Translations under genes and position numbers: made by a program
The notes under the pieces: generated by a model
Databases searched by the model: none
Seen by the model: the letters and a program-made list of their open reading frames with translations, nothing else
Told to the model about the DNA's origin: nothing
Shown: in pieces, positions 36,901 through 48,900 of the stretch
Numbering within the stretch: position 1 is the first letter of the stretch
Layout: each line of letters opens with the position of its first letter
From: Macrostomum hystrix
Lineage: Eukaryota; Animalia; Platyhelminthes
Reading direction: 5' to 3'
Length of the DNA stretch: 64,000 nucleotides
Assembly (NCBI GenBank): GCA_950097015.1
Contig: CATNEN010000005.1
Span: 4,340,001 to 4,404,000, forward strand

Positions 36901-39900
36901 GTGTGTGTGTCTGTACGCATTTGTGACTCATTCATTCACTTCCAACTGACTTCACTGGTCCAGGGTCCTCTTACAGGCATAGTTACACGCTGCACTTGAA
37001 CCCTATAGCTAATATTTATATTGGTTAATATTTCCTGTTTCATGTTATTTTGGTAATTTAAATTGCCGATAAAAAACTAGCTGAAATTGATTATTTCAAT
37101 TGACCACAACAGTTCAATTTCAAAGCTTTGAGTTAGCTAAGCGCTGACAAAATAAAATCTATTTTTGATTTTCTTTTTTTCCTATTTTGGAATGACAGCT
37201 CAACTCAGCCTTTACTACCGTGGCTATACTCGCTATACTGGCCCCTTCGTGTCTACCCCCCAGTAATCTGTCTTTGTTCTTATTTGCAATTACTCAGAAC
37301 TAACTCAGTCGGTTGAAAATATACTGGATTCTTAATTGACTCTTGAGTCAGCGGAATGGGCAGAACTGCCTGCTTGATGACTGCGGGTCTACCATCTCAG
37401 TGACTTGGTGACAATTTTCAGATTTGGCGACACTAGACCCGCAGCCAGCGAGGAGGCAATTCTGCCCATTCCGCTGACCCCTGAGCACACGCTCACACAG
37501 GTGTGTACATCTGCCCTGACTTTCTCATCGTCAGGCAGTTTACAATTTCATTGTGCCTTGGAGGTTGGCCCTTATGGGCGTAAATTGCACGACAAGCCCC
37601 CAAGCCTTCTCTCCGCGGCTGCGCCCCGAATGAATGTGGCCTCGCCGCGTAATCGAGCTCAGGTACTTTGGCGCGAGAGGCTAACGCGTTTGACCTCTCT
37701 GCCACTCCGCCCCCCATGAATAGAGTAAAACCATAGACAAAAATCTGAGGTAAAAAAAATTAAAGGGAAAAATCGTTTTTACGAAGTTTAATAATAATAA
37801 TAATAATTGATTACACCTGCCCCAATCGGGTCAGATGTGCAGCCGACAGCACAGCCGCAGCTAATGCGCGGCGCATCTGAAGGCTGCGTACATGGACTGG
37901 GGGTTCAGTCCATGGACTGGGGGGACGCCACACCCACCTTCAATTATCCCAGCTAATGCTGGTACCCATTTAACAACTGGGTGAACTGAAGGAATGCAGA
38001 GTTAACTGTCTTTCTAAAGGACAAAAATTGTTCCAGTGGAGTCGGGAATCGAACCCCCGACCTTCAAGTCGTGAGTCCGACGCCCTTACCACTAGGCTAC
38101 AACCTCTTGTAGTTTACGAAGTTTATTGAAGTGAAAAAAAGTATGTAGAGGTTTCAATTGAAAGATTCAAATCGCATCCGATTTTCAATTCCACCGCAGT
38201 GAGCAACCTTCGAAGGTGTCGAGCCACTCTGAACTGCTTCTCCGGTCCAGCTGGCGGGGTGGCCGTTTGTCGCCTACAAACAGACCCGGCCTCACTAATA
38301 GAATTCTTCAGCGTGCGATTCTATCGTCAACGACTTGCGGCTGAGATTGGCGGCGCGCTGGGGCCACTGGAGCCGCTGTCCTACGGTAGGTTTCTCAATA
38401 ACCCATGTTTTAAATCTGATCCCAATTTTGAGTACCAGTAAAGGCGGACTGGGCATATAGGAAATTCTGATGCACTATATTCAAACTGTTTGTTTCATTA
38501 TAAAACTGAATAAATTCTATGTTTTTACTAAAATTGTAAAAATGATTTCATGTTTTCTACAAACTGGCCTGTGAGACATTGCGCACTGTAAGACCGAAAA
38601 TCGCCTATGAAAACAGAACATGTCCAAAATGTAGAGTCGAGGTAGAGAACGAAACTCATATTCTCTTTAGATGCGATTGGTCCGTTTATGTTCCAATTAG
38701 AAATAAATTCATAGAGAAAGTGGCAGGCCTGTTCGAAATTTCGAAAGCCTAACAGCTGATGACAAAACTGGGGGGCGAGGGGGGTCAGCGGCTAACGTCG
38801 CTGCCTCGCACTACAAAGGACGCTAGTTCGATTCACCCTTCAGGTCACGATTAATTTCGGTACTTGTTGGGGGGTTTGGACAGTAGCGACCGGCGGAGGT
38901 GCACCATATTTCGTGCAAACAAAGCTTGAAAAATAGCTTCGCTCCTTCCTTTCTGTGTGCCTGTTCTGCGTTGTATGAGTTTGTGCGTTGGCGCTGGGGC
39001 GTTAGACCTTGCGGGGGGTGGCTGGGGGGCGGGTGTACACCGCCGCGCGCTCATCTGGATTTCCGTCAGCGCGATTGGATAAAGTGTACACTCGTCACCC
39101 GCCCCCCCCTGAGGACTGATTTCTATCAGCCTTCCGCCCCGGCTTGGTCTGCTATGTGCGTGTGCGGGCCGGGGTGAGAGGCACTCCGGCTGCCGCCCCC
39201 TTCCCCGCTTGGCTTGCTGCTGTGTGTGTGAGGTGCCTGCTCAGGGGAGGCGGCGCGATGGGCGGCTCTCGCCTAGTTCGCCGGCCTGGGGGCATGCCGT
39301 TCCTGTGTTTGTGCGTCAAGTGCCCCAGGCTTCCCTGCAAAGTAAGTAAGTAATATGACAAAACTGTGTATTTAATGACACAGGAAAGCACAGAATTAAC
39401 AGAAAGTTTTGTGGACTTCATCGAAAGCATACTTAAAGCTAGATAAAAAGCCACTGTTAATATCAGTATCAGTAACACAAAGACTTGTAACAGTTTTGCA
39501 AGGCTTATATATTTGGGTAGTTTGTGGATGCCCACATTCAGTCCCAAATGATTCAATGCACAATGGGTGGGGTCTACGCAATATGAGTAAGCGCATTGCT
39601 GAAGCCCGTGAGAAGCCAATCTACCTGACTGGCCTTTATATTTATAGTCGGCATCTGATTGTGAGCAGTGCTCAGAGGCCGAGATGCGCCAGGGAGAACT
39701 TTGAGTGATTGACGAGCGCAGAAATTTTTTAGGGGAATAATGGCGGCAAGCGGAGGCCAAAGCTGGGATGGAGACCCAGTCTTTGCGTGTGCAGTGCCTG
39801 CCCGTTCATTGAATTGATTTTTTTCACATTCACGGTAGTTTATTCACAGGGTTTGCTGTTGGGTTTCATTGTAAAGCCCTCGCCACCGGTTTTTTTACCT

Positions 39901-42900
39901 GGTAGTGGGGAAATCGATTTTTTAGCGGTGTCTAGTTAAAATCGACAAACGAGGCTCGGGTTTTGAATGCAGTTGGTGTTAATAAGAACGACCGGAGACT
40001 ATGTTTCTTAGAAAATGTTTTCAAGGCTGGTTATCGTCGGAAAAGTCAGAACGGAGATAGGAAGACACGTCAGGTTTTTTAACGAACGTACTTTATTTAG
40101 ACCCAATATATACGCCATCCTCGAAAATTTGTTTAGGTTGGCCTTTTGTTATCTGCTTTTTTCAATCATTGAATTTTTATTTGTCCATCAGAAGTCAGAG
40201 GCGTAAATATTTAGCAGTTTTTTATCAACCCCTGGAATTAAATTTCTCTCGCGTGAATAGCATTCCCCCAATTATTGGCAGTGTGGGAGGCGGGCCTTGA
40301 TTCCAACTGGTCAGGAATTGGACGATAATTATGTGGATAAAATCATCGAATTTCCATAAACAGTTTTTTCTCCAAAATTTTTCCAACTAAAAGCTCTTTT
40401 GCAGATGGTTTACGAGTTTGCGAGACGCTGAATTTTGATAGCTGTTCAATTATAATTGGCAGTTTGATTGACGCTGAGATATACTTAGAAATAACCTTTA
40501 GCTTGCCATACTCTCAGTTCCTCTCCTCCTTCAGGGACTCTAACCAGCCGCTTCAACTCATCCTTCAGGGACTCTAACCAGCCGCTTCATCTCCTCCTTC
40601 AGGGACTCTAACCAGCCGCTTCATCTCCTCGTTCAGGGACTCTAACCAGCCGCTTCATCTCCTCCTTCAGGGACTCTAACCAGCCGCTTCCTCTCCTCCT
40701 TCAGGGACTCTAACCAGCCGCTTCATCTCCTCCTTCAGGGACTCTAACCAGCCGCTTCATCTCCTCCTTCGGGGACTCTAACCAGCCGCTTCATCTCCTC
40801 CTTCGGGGACTCTAACCAGCCGCTTCATCTCCTCCTTCAGGGACTCTAACCAGCCACTTCATCTCATCCTTCAGGGACTCTAACCAGCAGTTTCATCTCA
40901 TCCTTCAGGGACTCTAACCAGCCGCTTCATCTCCTCCTTCAGGGACTCTAACCAGCAGCTTCATCTCCTCCTTCAGGGACTCTAACCAGCGGCTTCATCG
41001 CCTCCTTCAGGGACTCTAACCAGCCGCTTCATCTCCTCCTTCGGGGACTCTAACCAGCCGCTTCATCTCCTCCTTCGGGGACTCTAACCAGCCGCTTCAT
41101 CTCCTCCTTCGGGGACTCTAACCAGACGCTTCATCTCCTCCTTCAGGGACTCTAACCAGCCGCTTCATCTCCTCCTTCAGGGACTCTAACCAGCCGCTTC
41201 CTCTCCTCCTTCAGGGACTCTAACCAGCCGCTTCCTCTCCTCCTTCAGGGACTCTAACCAGCCGCTTCATCTCCTCCTTCAGGGACTCTAACCAGACGCT
41301 TCATCTCCTCCTTCAGGGACTCTAACCAGCCGCTTCATCTCCTCCTTCAGGGACTCTAACCAGCCGCTTCATCGCCTCCTTCAGGGACTCTAACCAGCCG
41401 CTTCCTCTCCTCCTTCAGGGACTCTAACCAGCCGCTTCCTCTCCTCCTTCAGGGACTCTAACCAGCCGCTTCATCTCCTCCTTCAGGGACTCTAACCAGC
41501 CGCTTCATCTCCTCCTTCAGGGACTCTAACCAGACGCTTCATCTCCTCCTTCAGGGACTCTAACCAGCCGCTTCCTCTCCTCCTTCAGGGACTCTAACCA
41601 GCCGCTTCATCTCCTCCTTCAGGGACTCTAACCAGCCGCTTCATCTCCTCCTTCAGGGACTCTAACCAGCAGCTTCATCTCCTCCTTCAGGGACTCTAAC
41701 CAGCCGCTTCATCTCCTCCTTCAGGGACTCTAACCAGCCGCTTCATCTCCTCCTTCAGGGACTCTAACCAGACGCTTCATCTCCTCCTTCAGGGACTCTA
41801 ACCAGACGCTTCATCTCCTCCTTCAGGGACTCTAACCAGCCGCTTCATCTCCTCCTTCAGGGACTCTAACCAGCCGCTTCATCTCCTCCTTCAGGGACTC
41901 TAACCAGCAGCTTCCTCTCCTCCTTCAGGGACTCTAACCAGCCGCTTCATCTCCTCCTTCAGGGACTCTAACCAGACGCTTCATCTCCTCCTTCAGGGAC
42001 TCTAACCAGCCGCTTCATCTCCTCCTTCAGGGACTCTAACCAGCCGCTTCATCTCCTCCTTCAGGGACTCTAACCAGACGCTTCATCTCCTCCTTCAGGG
42101 ACTCTAACCAGACGCTTCATCTCCTCCTTCAGGGACTCTAACCAGCCGCTTCATCTCCTCCTTCGGGGACTCTAACCAGCAGCTTCATCTCCTCCTTCAG
42201 GGACTCTAACCAGCAGCTTCATCTCCTCCTTCGGGGACTCTAACCAGCAGCTTCATCTCCTCCTTCAGGGACTCTAACCAGCCGCTTCATCTCATCCTTC
42301 AGGGACTCTAACCAGCCGCTTCATCTCCTCCTTCAGGGACTCTAACCAGCCGCTTCATCTCCTCCTTCAGGGACTCTAACCAGCACCTTCATCTCCTCCT
42401 TCAGGGACTCTAACCAGCCGCTTCATCTCCTCCTTCAGGGACTCTAACCAGCCGCTTCATCGCCTCCTTCAGGGACTCTAACCAGCCGCTTCCTCTCCTC
42501 CTTCAGGGACTCTAACCAGCCGCTTCATCTCCTCCTTCAGGGACTCTAACCAGCCGCTTCATCTCCTCCTTCAGGGACTCTAACCAGACGCTTCATCTCC
42601 TCCTTCAGGGACTCTAACCAGCCGCTTCCTCTCCTCCTTCAGGGACTCTAACCAGCCGCTTCATCTCCTCCTTCAGGGACTCTAACCAGACGCTTCATCT
42701 CCTCCTTCAGGGACTCTAACCAGCCGCTTCATCTCCTCCTTCGGGGACTCTAACCAGCAGCTTCATCTCATCCTTCAGGGACTCTAACCAGCAGCTTCAT
42801 CTCCTCCTTCGGGGACTCTAACCAGCAGCTTCATCTCCTCCGTCAGGGACTCTAACCAGCCGCTTCATCTCATCCTTCAGGGACTCTAACCAGCCGCTTC

Positions 42901-45900
42901 ATCTCCTCCTTCAGGGACTCTAACCAGACGCTTCATCTCCTCCTTCAGGGACTCTAACCAGCCGCTTCCTCTCCTCCTTCAGGGACTCTAACCAGCCGCT
43001 TCCTCTCCTCCTTCAGGGACTCTAACCAGCCGCTTCATCTCCTCCTTCAGGGACTCTAACCAGCCGCTTCATCTCCTCCTTCAGGGACTCTAACCAGACG
43101 CTTCATCTCCTCCTTCAGGGACTCTAACCAGCCGCTTCCTCTCCTCCTTCAGGGACTCTAACCAGACGCTTCATCTCCTCCTTCAGGGACTCTAACCAGC
43201 CGCTTCATCTCCTCCTTCAGGGACTCTAACCAGCACCTTCATCTCCTCCTTCAGGGACTCTAACCAGCCGCTTCATCTCCTCCTTCAGGGACTCTAACCA
43301 GCCGCTTCATCTCCTCCTTCAGGGACTCTAACCAGCCGCTTCATCTCCTCCTTCAGGGACTCTAACCAGCCGCTTCCTCTCCTCCTTCAGGGACTCTAAC
43401 CAGCCGCTTCATCTCCTCCTTCAGGGACTCTAACCAGCCGCTTCATCTCCTCCTTCAGGGACTCTAACCAGCCGCTTCATCTCCTCCTTCAGGGACTCTA
43501 ACCAGACGCTTCATCTCCTCCTTCAGGGACTCTAACCAGCCGCTTCCTCTCCTCCTTCAGGGACTCTAACCAGCCGCTTCATCTCCTCCTTCAGGGACTC
43601 TAACCAGCCGCTTCATCTCCTCCTTCAGGGACTCTAACCAGCCGCTTCATCTCCTCCTTCAGGGACTCTAACCAGCAGCTTCCTCTCCTCCTTCAGGGAC
43701 TCTAACCAGCCGCTTCATCTCCTCCTTCAGGGACTCTAACCAGACGCTTCATCTCCTCCTTCAGGGACTCTAACCAGCCGCTTCATCTCCTCCTTCAGGG
43801 ACTCTAACCAGCCGCTTCATCTCCTCCTTCAGGGACTCTAACCAGACGCTTCATCTCCTCCTTCAGGGACTCTAACCAGACGCTTCATCTCCTCCTTCAG
43901 GGACTCTAACCAGCCGCTTCATCTCCTCCTTCGGGGACTCTAACCAGCACCTTCATCTCCTCCTTCAGGGACTCTAACCAGCCGCTTCATCTCCTCCTTC
44001 AGGGACTCTAACCAGCCGCTTCCTCTCCTCCTTCAGGGACTCTAACCAGCCGCTTCATCTCCTCCTTCGGGGACTCTAACCAGCCGCTTCATCTCCTCAT
44101 TCAGGGACTCTCCTACAGGGACGCTCCTTCAGGGACTATTCTTCAGGGACTCTCCTTCAGGGAATATCCTCCAGGGACTCTCCATTAGAGGCTCTCCATC
44201 AGGAACTCTCCTTTAGGCACTATCCTTCATGGACCACCACTTCCGCGTAGTGAAGGCTTGGTGGCTTGTCGTGCAATTTAAGTTCACGTGTACACATTTG
44301 TACGTGTGTGCTCATGGGTCAGCGTAATGATCAAAACTATCTCTGATTTCACAAATTATCGCCTGACGCAACATCCTGCAGATGCTGGCCATCCAAAGTT
44401 CGGCATATTCCAGCGCGAGCTGCACATCATGCAGCTGACGGCCGAAGACACTCTCTATGGCTACCGAGCCGAGATTGTGCTGCATAGTCAACAAGCCGGC
44501 CTGCCTGTGACAGCTACCTACAGCAATCTCTCCGATCCCAGCATTATACGCCTCCTGCCAGCCAGCGCCAGTCACGTGACCAATTTAGACGGTGCCATCG
44601 CGTCAATAGCCGCAGAATTTGGTAGTCAAGAACAGGCCCCAGGCGGCAGTATTGTGCCATTGCCATGCTACAGCGGTAGCGGCAATGCCGGCTTGTACTC
44701 CTGGACTAAGGATGGAGAGCAGCTAAGCGTTGGTTCGAATCTGCTGACGGACAGTCGGCTGGCATTTCTGGCTCCCGGACTGCGTCCGAGTGCCGGCAGT
44801 CTCGCTGTCAAAGTGACCAGCCGTCAAAATTCCGGCCACTACCGCTGCTACCTGGAAGAGAATGGACGCACATTGTCACTGACGCAAGCTCGCCTCACTG
44901 TTTACCAGCCGCTGAGAATTAAAATTCTGACTGGCAGTTCAGCGGCTGACGCCGAGTTCAGCGATGAAGCGAATAATTTAACTAGATTCGACTACGCTAG
45001 CCAGGCTAGTCTGAAATGCATTGTTCAAGGCTGGCCATTGCACCGAATCAGCTGGCTGAGGAATGGACAATTGTTGTCGAACGGTGCGGACAGTGGCAGG
45101 GTCAGGTTGGATCCTGTCAGCTCTGAAACTGCCGCTGAGCGGGGCTGGAGTCAGCTGACTGTCGCCGACTTCCGATTGGAAGATCGAGGCGCCTATCAGT
45201 GCGTGGCGGAGCGGCTGCCCACGGACCGGCCAGTGCCAGCTGACTATGCCACCGCCACCTTGGCGGTCTTGATTGATGGTGAGATCGGCTTCTAGTTTGA
45301 ATCCTTGGTGGTCTGAGTACGCGTCATAAATTCATTCTGGGCGCAGCAGCGGAGTGAAAGCTGGGGATGGGGGACTGTGGTTTAATTTACGTCCATGAGG
45401 GCCAACCTCCAATTGCACAGTGAAGGTGTACACTGCATGACGATGAGTTTAAGCCTGTATTTTTATGTGCCTCCGCGTCCGAGTGTACGTGTCCGAGTGT
45501 ACGTGTTACTGCTTAGTACTCTTGATCAGCTGAATAAGCGGAATTGCCTCCTCGTTTGCTGGGTTCCACGGCCGTCTTCTGATAGGCCAATAATGATTTT
45601 ATAATTGATTACACCTGCCCCAATTAGGTCAGATGTGCAGCCGACAGCACAGCCGCAGCTATTGCGCGGCGCATCTGAAGGCTGCGTACGGCTGTTCAGT
45701 CCATGGACTGGGGGGACGCCACACCCACCCTCAATCATCCCAGCTAATGCTGGTACCAATTTAATTTAACAGTTGGGTGAACTGAACATAAATTGTTTCA
45801 GTGGAGTTGGGAATCGAACCCCTTTCGTCGCTCTAACCACTTATTGCAATTCAACTAAACTCTGATACCCCAAAAACCGGTTCGCACTTTCAGACATGCC

Positions 45901-48900
45901 TCCCGTGCTTGTTGGCACCGAGCCGAACACATCCTATACCCCAATCAGCCTGCCAGAACCTGCATCAGTCGACTATCACGCCCCGATGGCGGCTCTAACT
46001 ACTGGCACATTCACCTGCCTATTCATGGCCCAGCCCAGACCGACTGTTCGGGCTTACCTGGATGGCAATCAGAGCCTGTTCGACAGCCTATCCAATGATC
46101 TATACTATGCTCACAGTAGTCAGCAGGCCCCTTATAAGCTCACTACTCAGTCTGTTGGCCAGGAGGTCCGTGTCACTCTGCACTACGCCCCAGTGTCGCT
46201 GCAGCAGACTGGCCGGCTTGTCATCGAGGCTACGAACGACAGAGGCTCGGCTTCGTGTCGACTTGTGCTGTTTGGAATTTCGAATCGTGAGTTTTTAGTG
46301 GCTATATTTGAGCATTAGGGAATATTTGAGTGATTAGGGAATTCTTGATTCTATTCTGGGACATGCGATTTCTATTTTTAGCCGTTAGGTAATTCCCAAT
46401 TATATTTTTTGTGGTAAGGAATATCCGATTCTATTTTAGCCATTAGTGAATCCCGGGCTATAATTTTAGTCGGTAATGAATCTCTGGTTCTATTTTTAGC
46501 CTGTTCAGAATCTCTGATTCTTTTTTAGTCTATTGAAAATCTACGATTCTATTTTTAGCGGTTAGGGAATTCCAGGTTTTATTTATAGCCATTAGGGAAT
46601 CCCCTCTTAACTTTTCTTCAAGAAACTGCGTCTTATGTACTTTGTAGTATTTAAGCTTAATCAAAGCTTATCGAATAAAAATACCCCCCCCCGAAAAAAA
46701 CAGCTCCAAAACTGCAGATTCGCACAATGCGACCGCGTCACTATGCCGTTATGGGCAAATCCTTCACGCTGGAGTGTCCAGTCCTAGGCGGACTAAACAT
46801 AGACGAGTCCTATCCAAACAAGACCGACATTGAGACCTACAGGCTTCGCTGGCTATTCCGACCGGCCCAGTCGCCAACTAGGGTGCTGGTGCAGCCGGTG
46901 ACACACCGCACAATGACTGGACTCAACTATCCGGACCAGATGCGCACCCTCGAGGTGGAGCCCACGGACGCCGGGCAGTACGAGTGCGTCGGCACCCTGG
47001 TCGTCGATCGGAATCCTGAAAATCCGACTCAGTTGAAGGCCGCCACCGAGGTGTCCGTTGTCAGGGGGGTCCGGCCGAACTGGGTTGCAGATCAGCTTGA
47101 CCTGGACCCGGATATCTCCATAACTGACGCTTGCAAGCCCGTCAACAGGCCGACTGGGGACTGGTTCGCCTGGTGGCACAAGCCAGGCTCCTCCGACGCC
47201 GCCGGAGATTTCCCCGCGGGCTTGGAGCGACGAGAAGTCGGGAGCGAGTTCGTCACGGTCAGTGTTCGAAGGTTTTCTTTGTACTTGTTAGAATAGTCTA
47301 GCAATCCATTTTAGGCACCCTTGGATCTGTTCAGTCTATGGACTGGGGGTCTATGAACAAAGTGTGAATCGGGAACTATGAACAAGTCGTAAGGACCTTA
47401 AGGCTACGTGCAAGCCCTTCAAGTGGGGGGGGGGGTGAGTGGCAGAGCCGTCTAAGGCAGGGGTCGGCAAACTCCGGCCCGCGGGCCAGATGCGGCCCTC
47501 GAAGCTCCCAAATCCGGCCCGTTGCACCTTCTGACATCTACAGTGTCCTGTTTCATCTCTCTCGTGTCTAATCTCTCCCGTGTCTAATCTCTCCTGTGTC
47601 TCATCTCCCCCGTGTCTCATCTCTTCTGTCTCATCGCCCTCGTGTCTCATCTCTCCCGTGTCTCATCTCTCCCGTGTCTAATCTCTCCTTTGTCTCATCT
47701 CTCCCGTGTCTAATCTCTCCTTTGTCTCATCTCTCCCGTGTCTCATCTCTCCCGTGTCTAATCTCTCCTTTGTCTCATCTCTCCCGTGTCTCATCTCTCC
47801 CGTGTCTAATCTCTCCTTTGTCTCATCTCTCCCGTGTCTCATCTCTCCCGTGTCTCATCTCTCCCGTGTCTAATCTCTCCTTTGTCTCATCTCTCCCGTG
47901 TCTCATCTCTCCCGTGTCTAATCTCTCCTTTGTCTCATCTCTCCCGTGTCTCATCTCTTCTGTCTCATGGCCCTCGTGTCTCATCTCTCCTTTGTCTCAT
48001 CTCTCCCGTGTCTAATCTCTCCTTTGTCTCATCTCTCCCGTGTCTCATCTCTCCCGTGTCTCATCTCTCCCTTATCTCATATTTATACAGTCAATGCGGC
48101 CCGCTGTCGTCTTTTAGGTTCTCTCTTTGGCCCGCCAGCAAATAAGTTTGCCTACCCCTGGTCTAAGGCGTTCGCCTCTCGCACCAAGGTCCCTGAGCTC
48201 GATTTTAAACACAACACACACCTTGTATTTGTACAGTGAAGAAAGATCTATTACAGAGATAAGGAACAATAAATCACTAAACAGTGCAAACCTGAACTAG
48301 ACTAAATAAACTGGGGCACCTCAGTACAGTTTGTTAGGCCGGATTTGCATAGTGTAACAGAAACTTATTAACGATGTGGGCTAGTAACTAAGCAAAAGCT
48401 TAGCTGACCATCTAAACGTGAAAATATGCTAGATATGGCTGATGGCATAGTCTAGTAGTTTACACCGATTAGCAGGGTGGTATGCAGACCAATTTGCTGA
48501 TTTTTATCAGTACGAATCGGTGTCAAAAAAGCAGCAAATTCAGTGTTAGCTGAACATTTGCAATTAAATTAGTTCGTTGTGTTTATTGTGATTTGGTATC
48601 ATTAATCACTCTGTCCATTCTCTGTGTCCGATCCTCTGTCCATTCTCTGTGTCCGATCCTCTGTCCCATCCTCTGTTCCACCCTCTGTCCCATCCTCTGT
48701 CCCATCCTCTGTCCCATCCTCTGTCCCATCCTCTGTCCCATCCTCTGTCCCATCCTCTGTCCCATCCTCTGTTCCACCCTCTGTCCCATCCTCTGTCCCA
48801 TCCTCTGTCCCATCCTCTGTCCCATCCTCTGTTCCACCCTCTGTCCCATCCTCTGTCCCATCCTCTGTCCCATCCTCTGTCCCATCCTCTGTTCCATCCT

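Noticed and set aside
39893-39925. U1 snRNA-like TTACCTGGTAGTGGGG
   Set aside because: Similarity is limited to ~15 nt; the U1 stem-loops are not present.
40385-40520. Strong acceptor (CTCTTTTGCAG) in intron 3 as a hidden alternative Ig2 exon
   Set aside because: The translation has no Ig features and no donor before the satellite.
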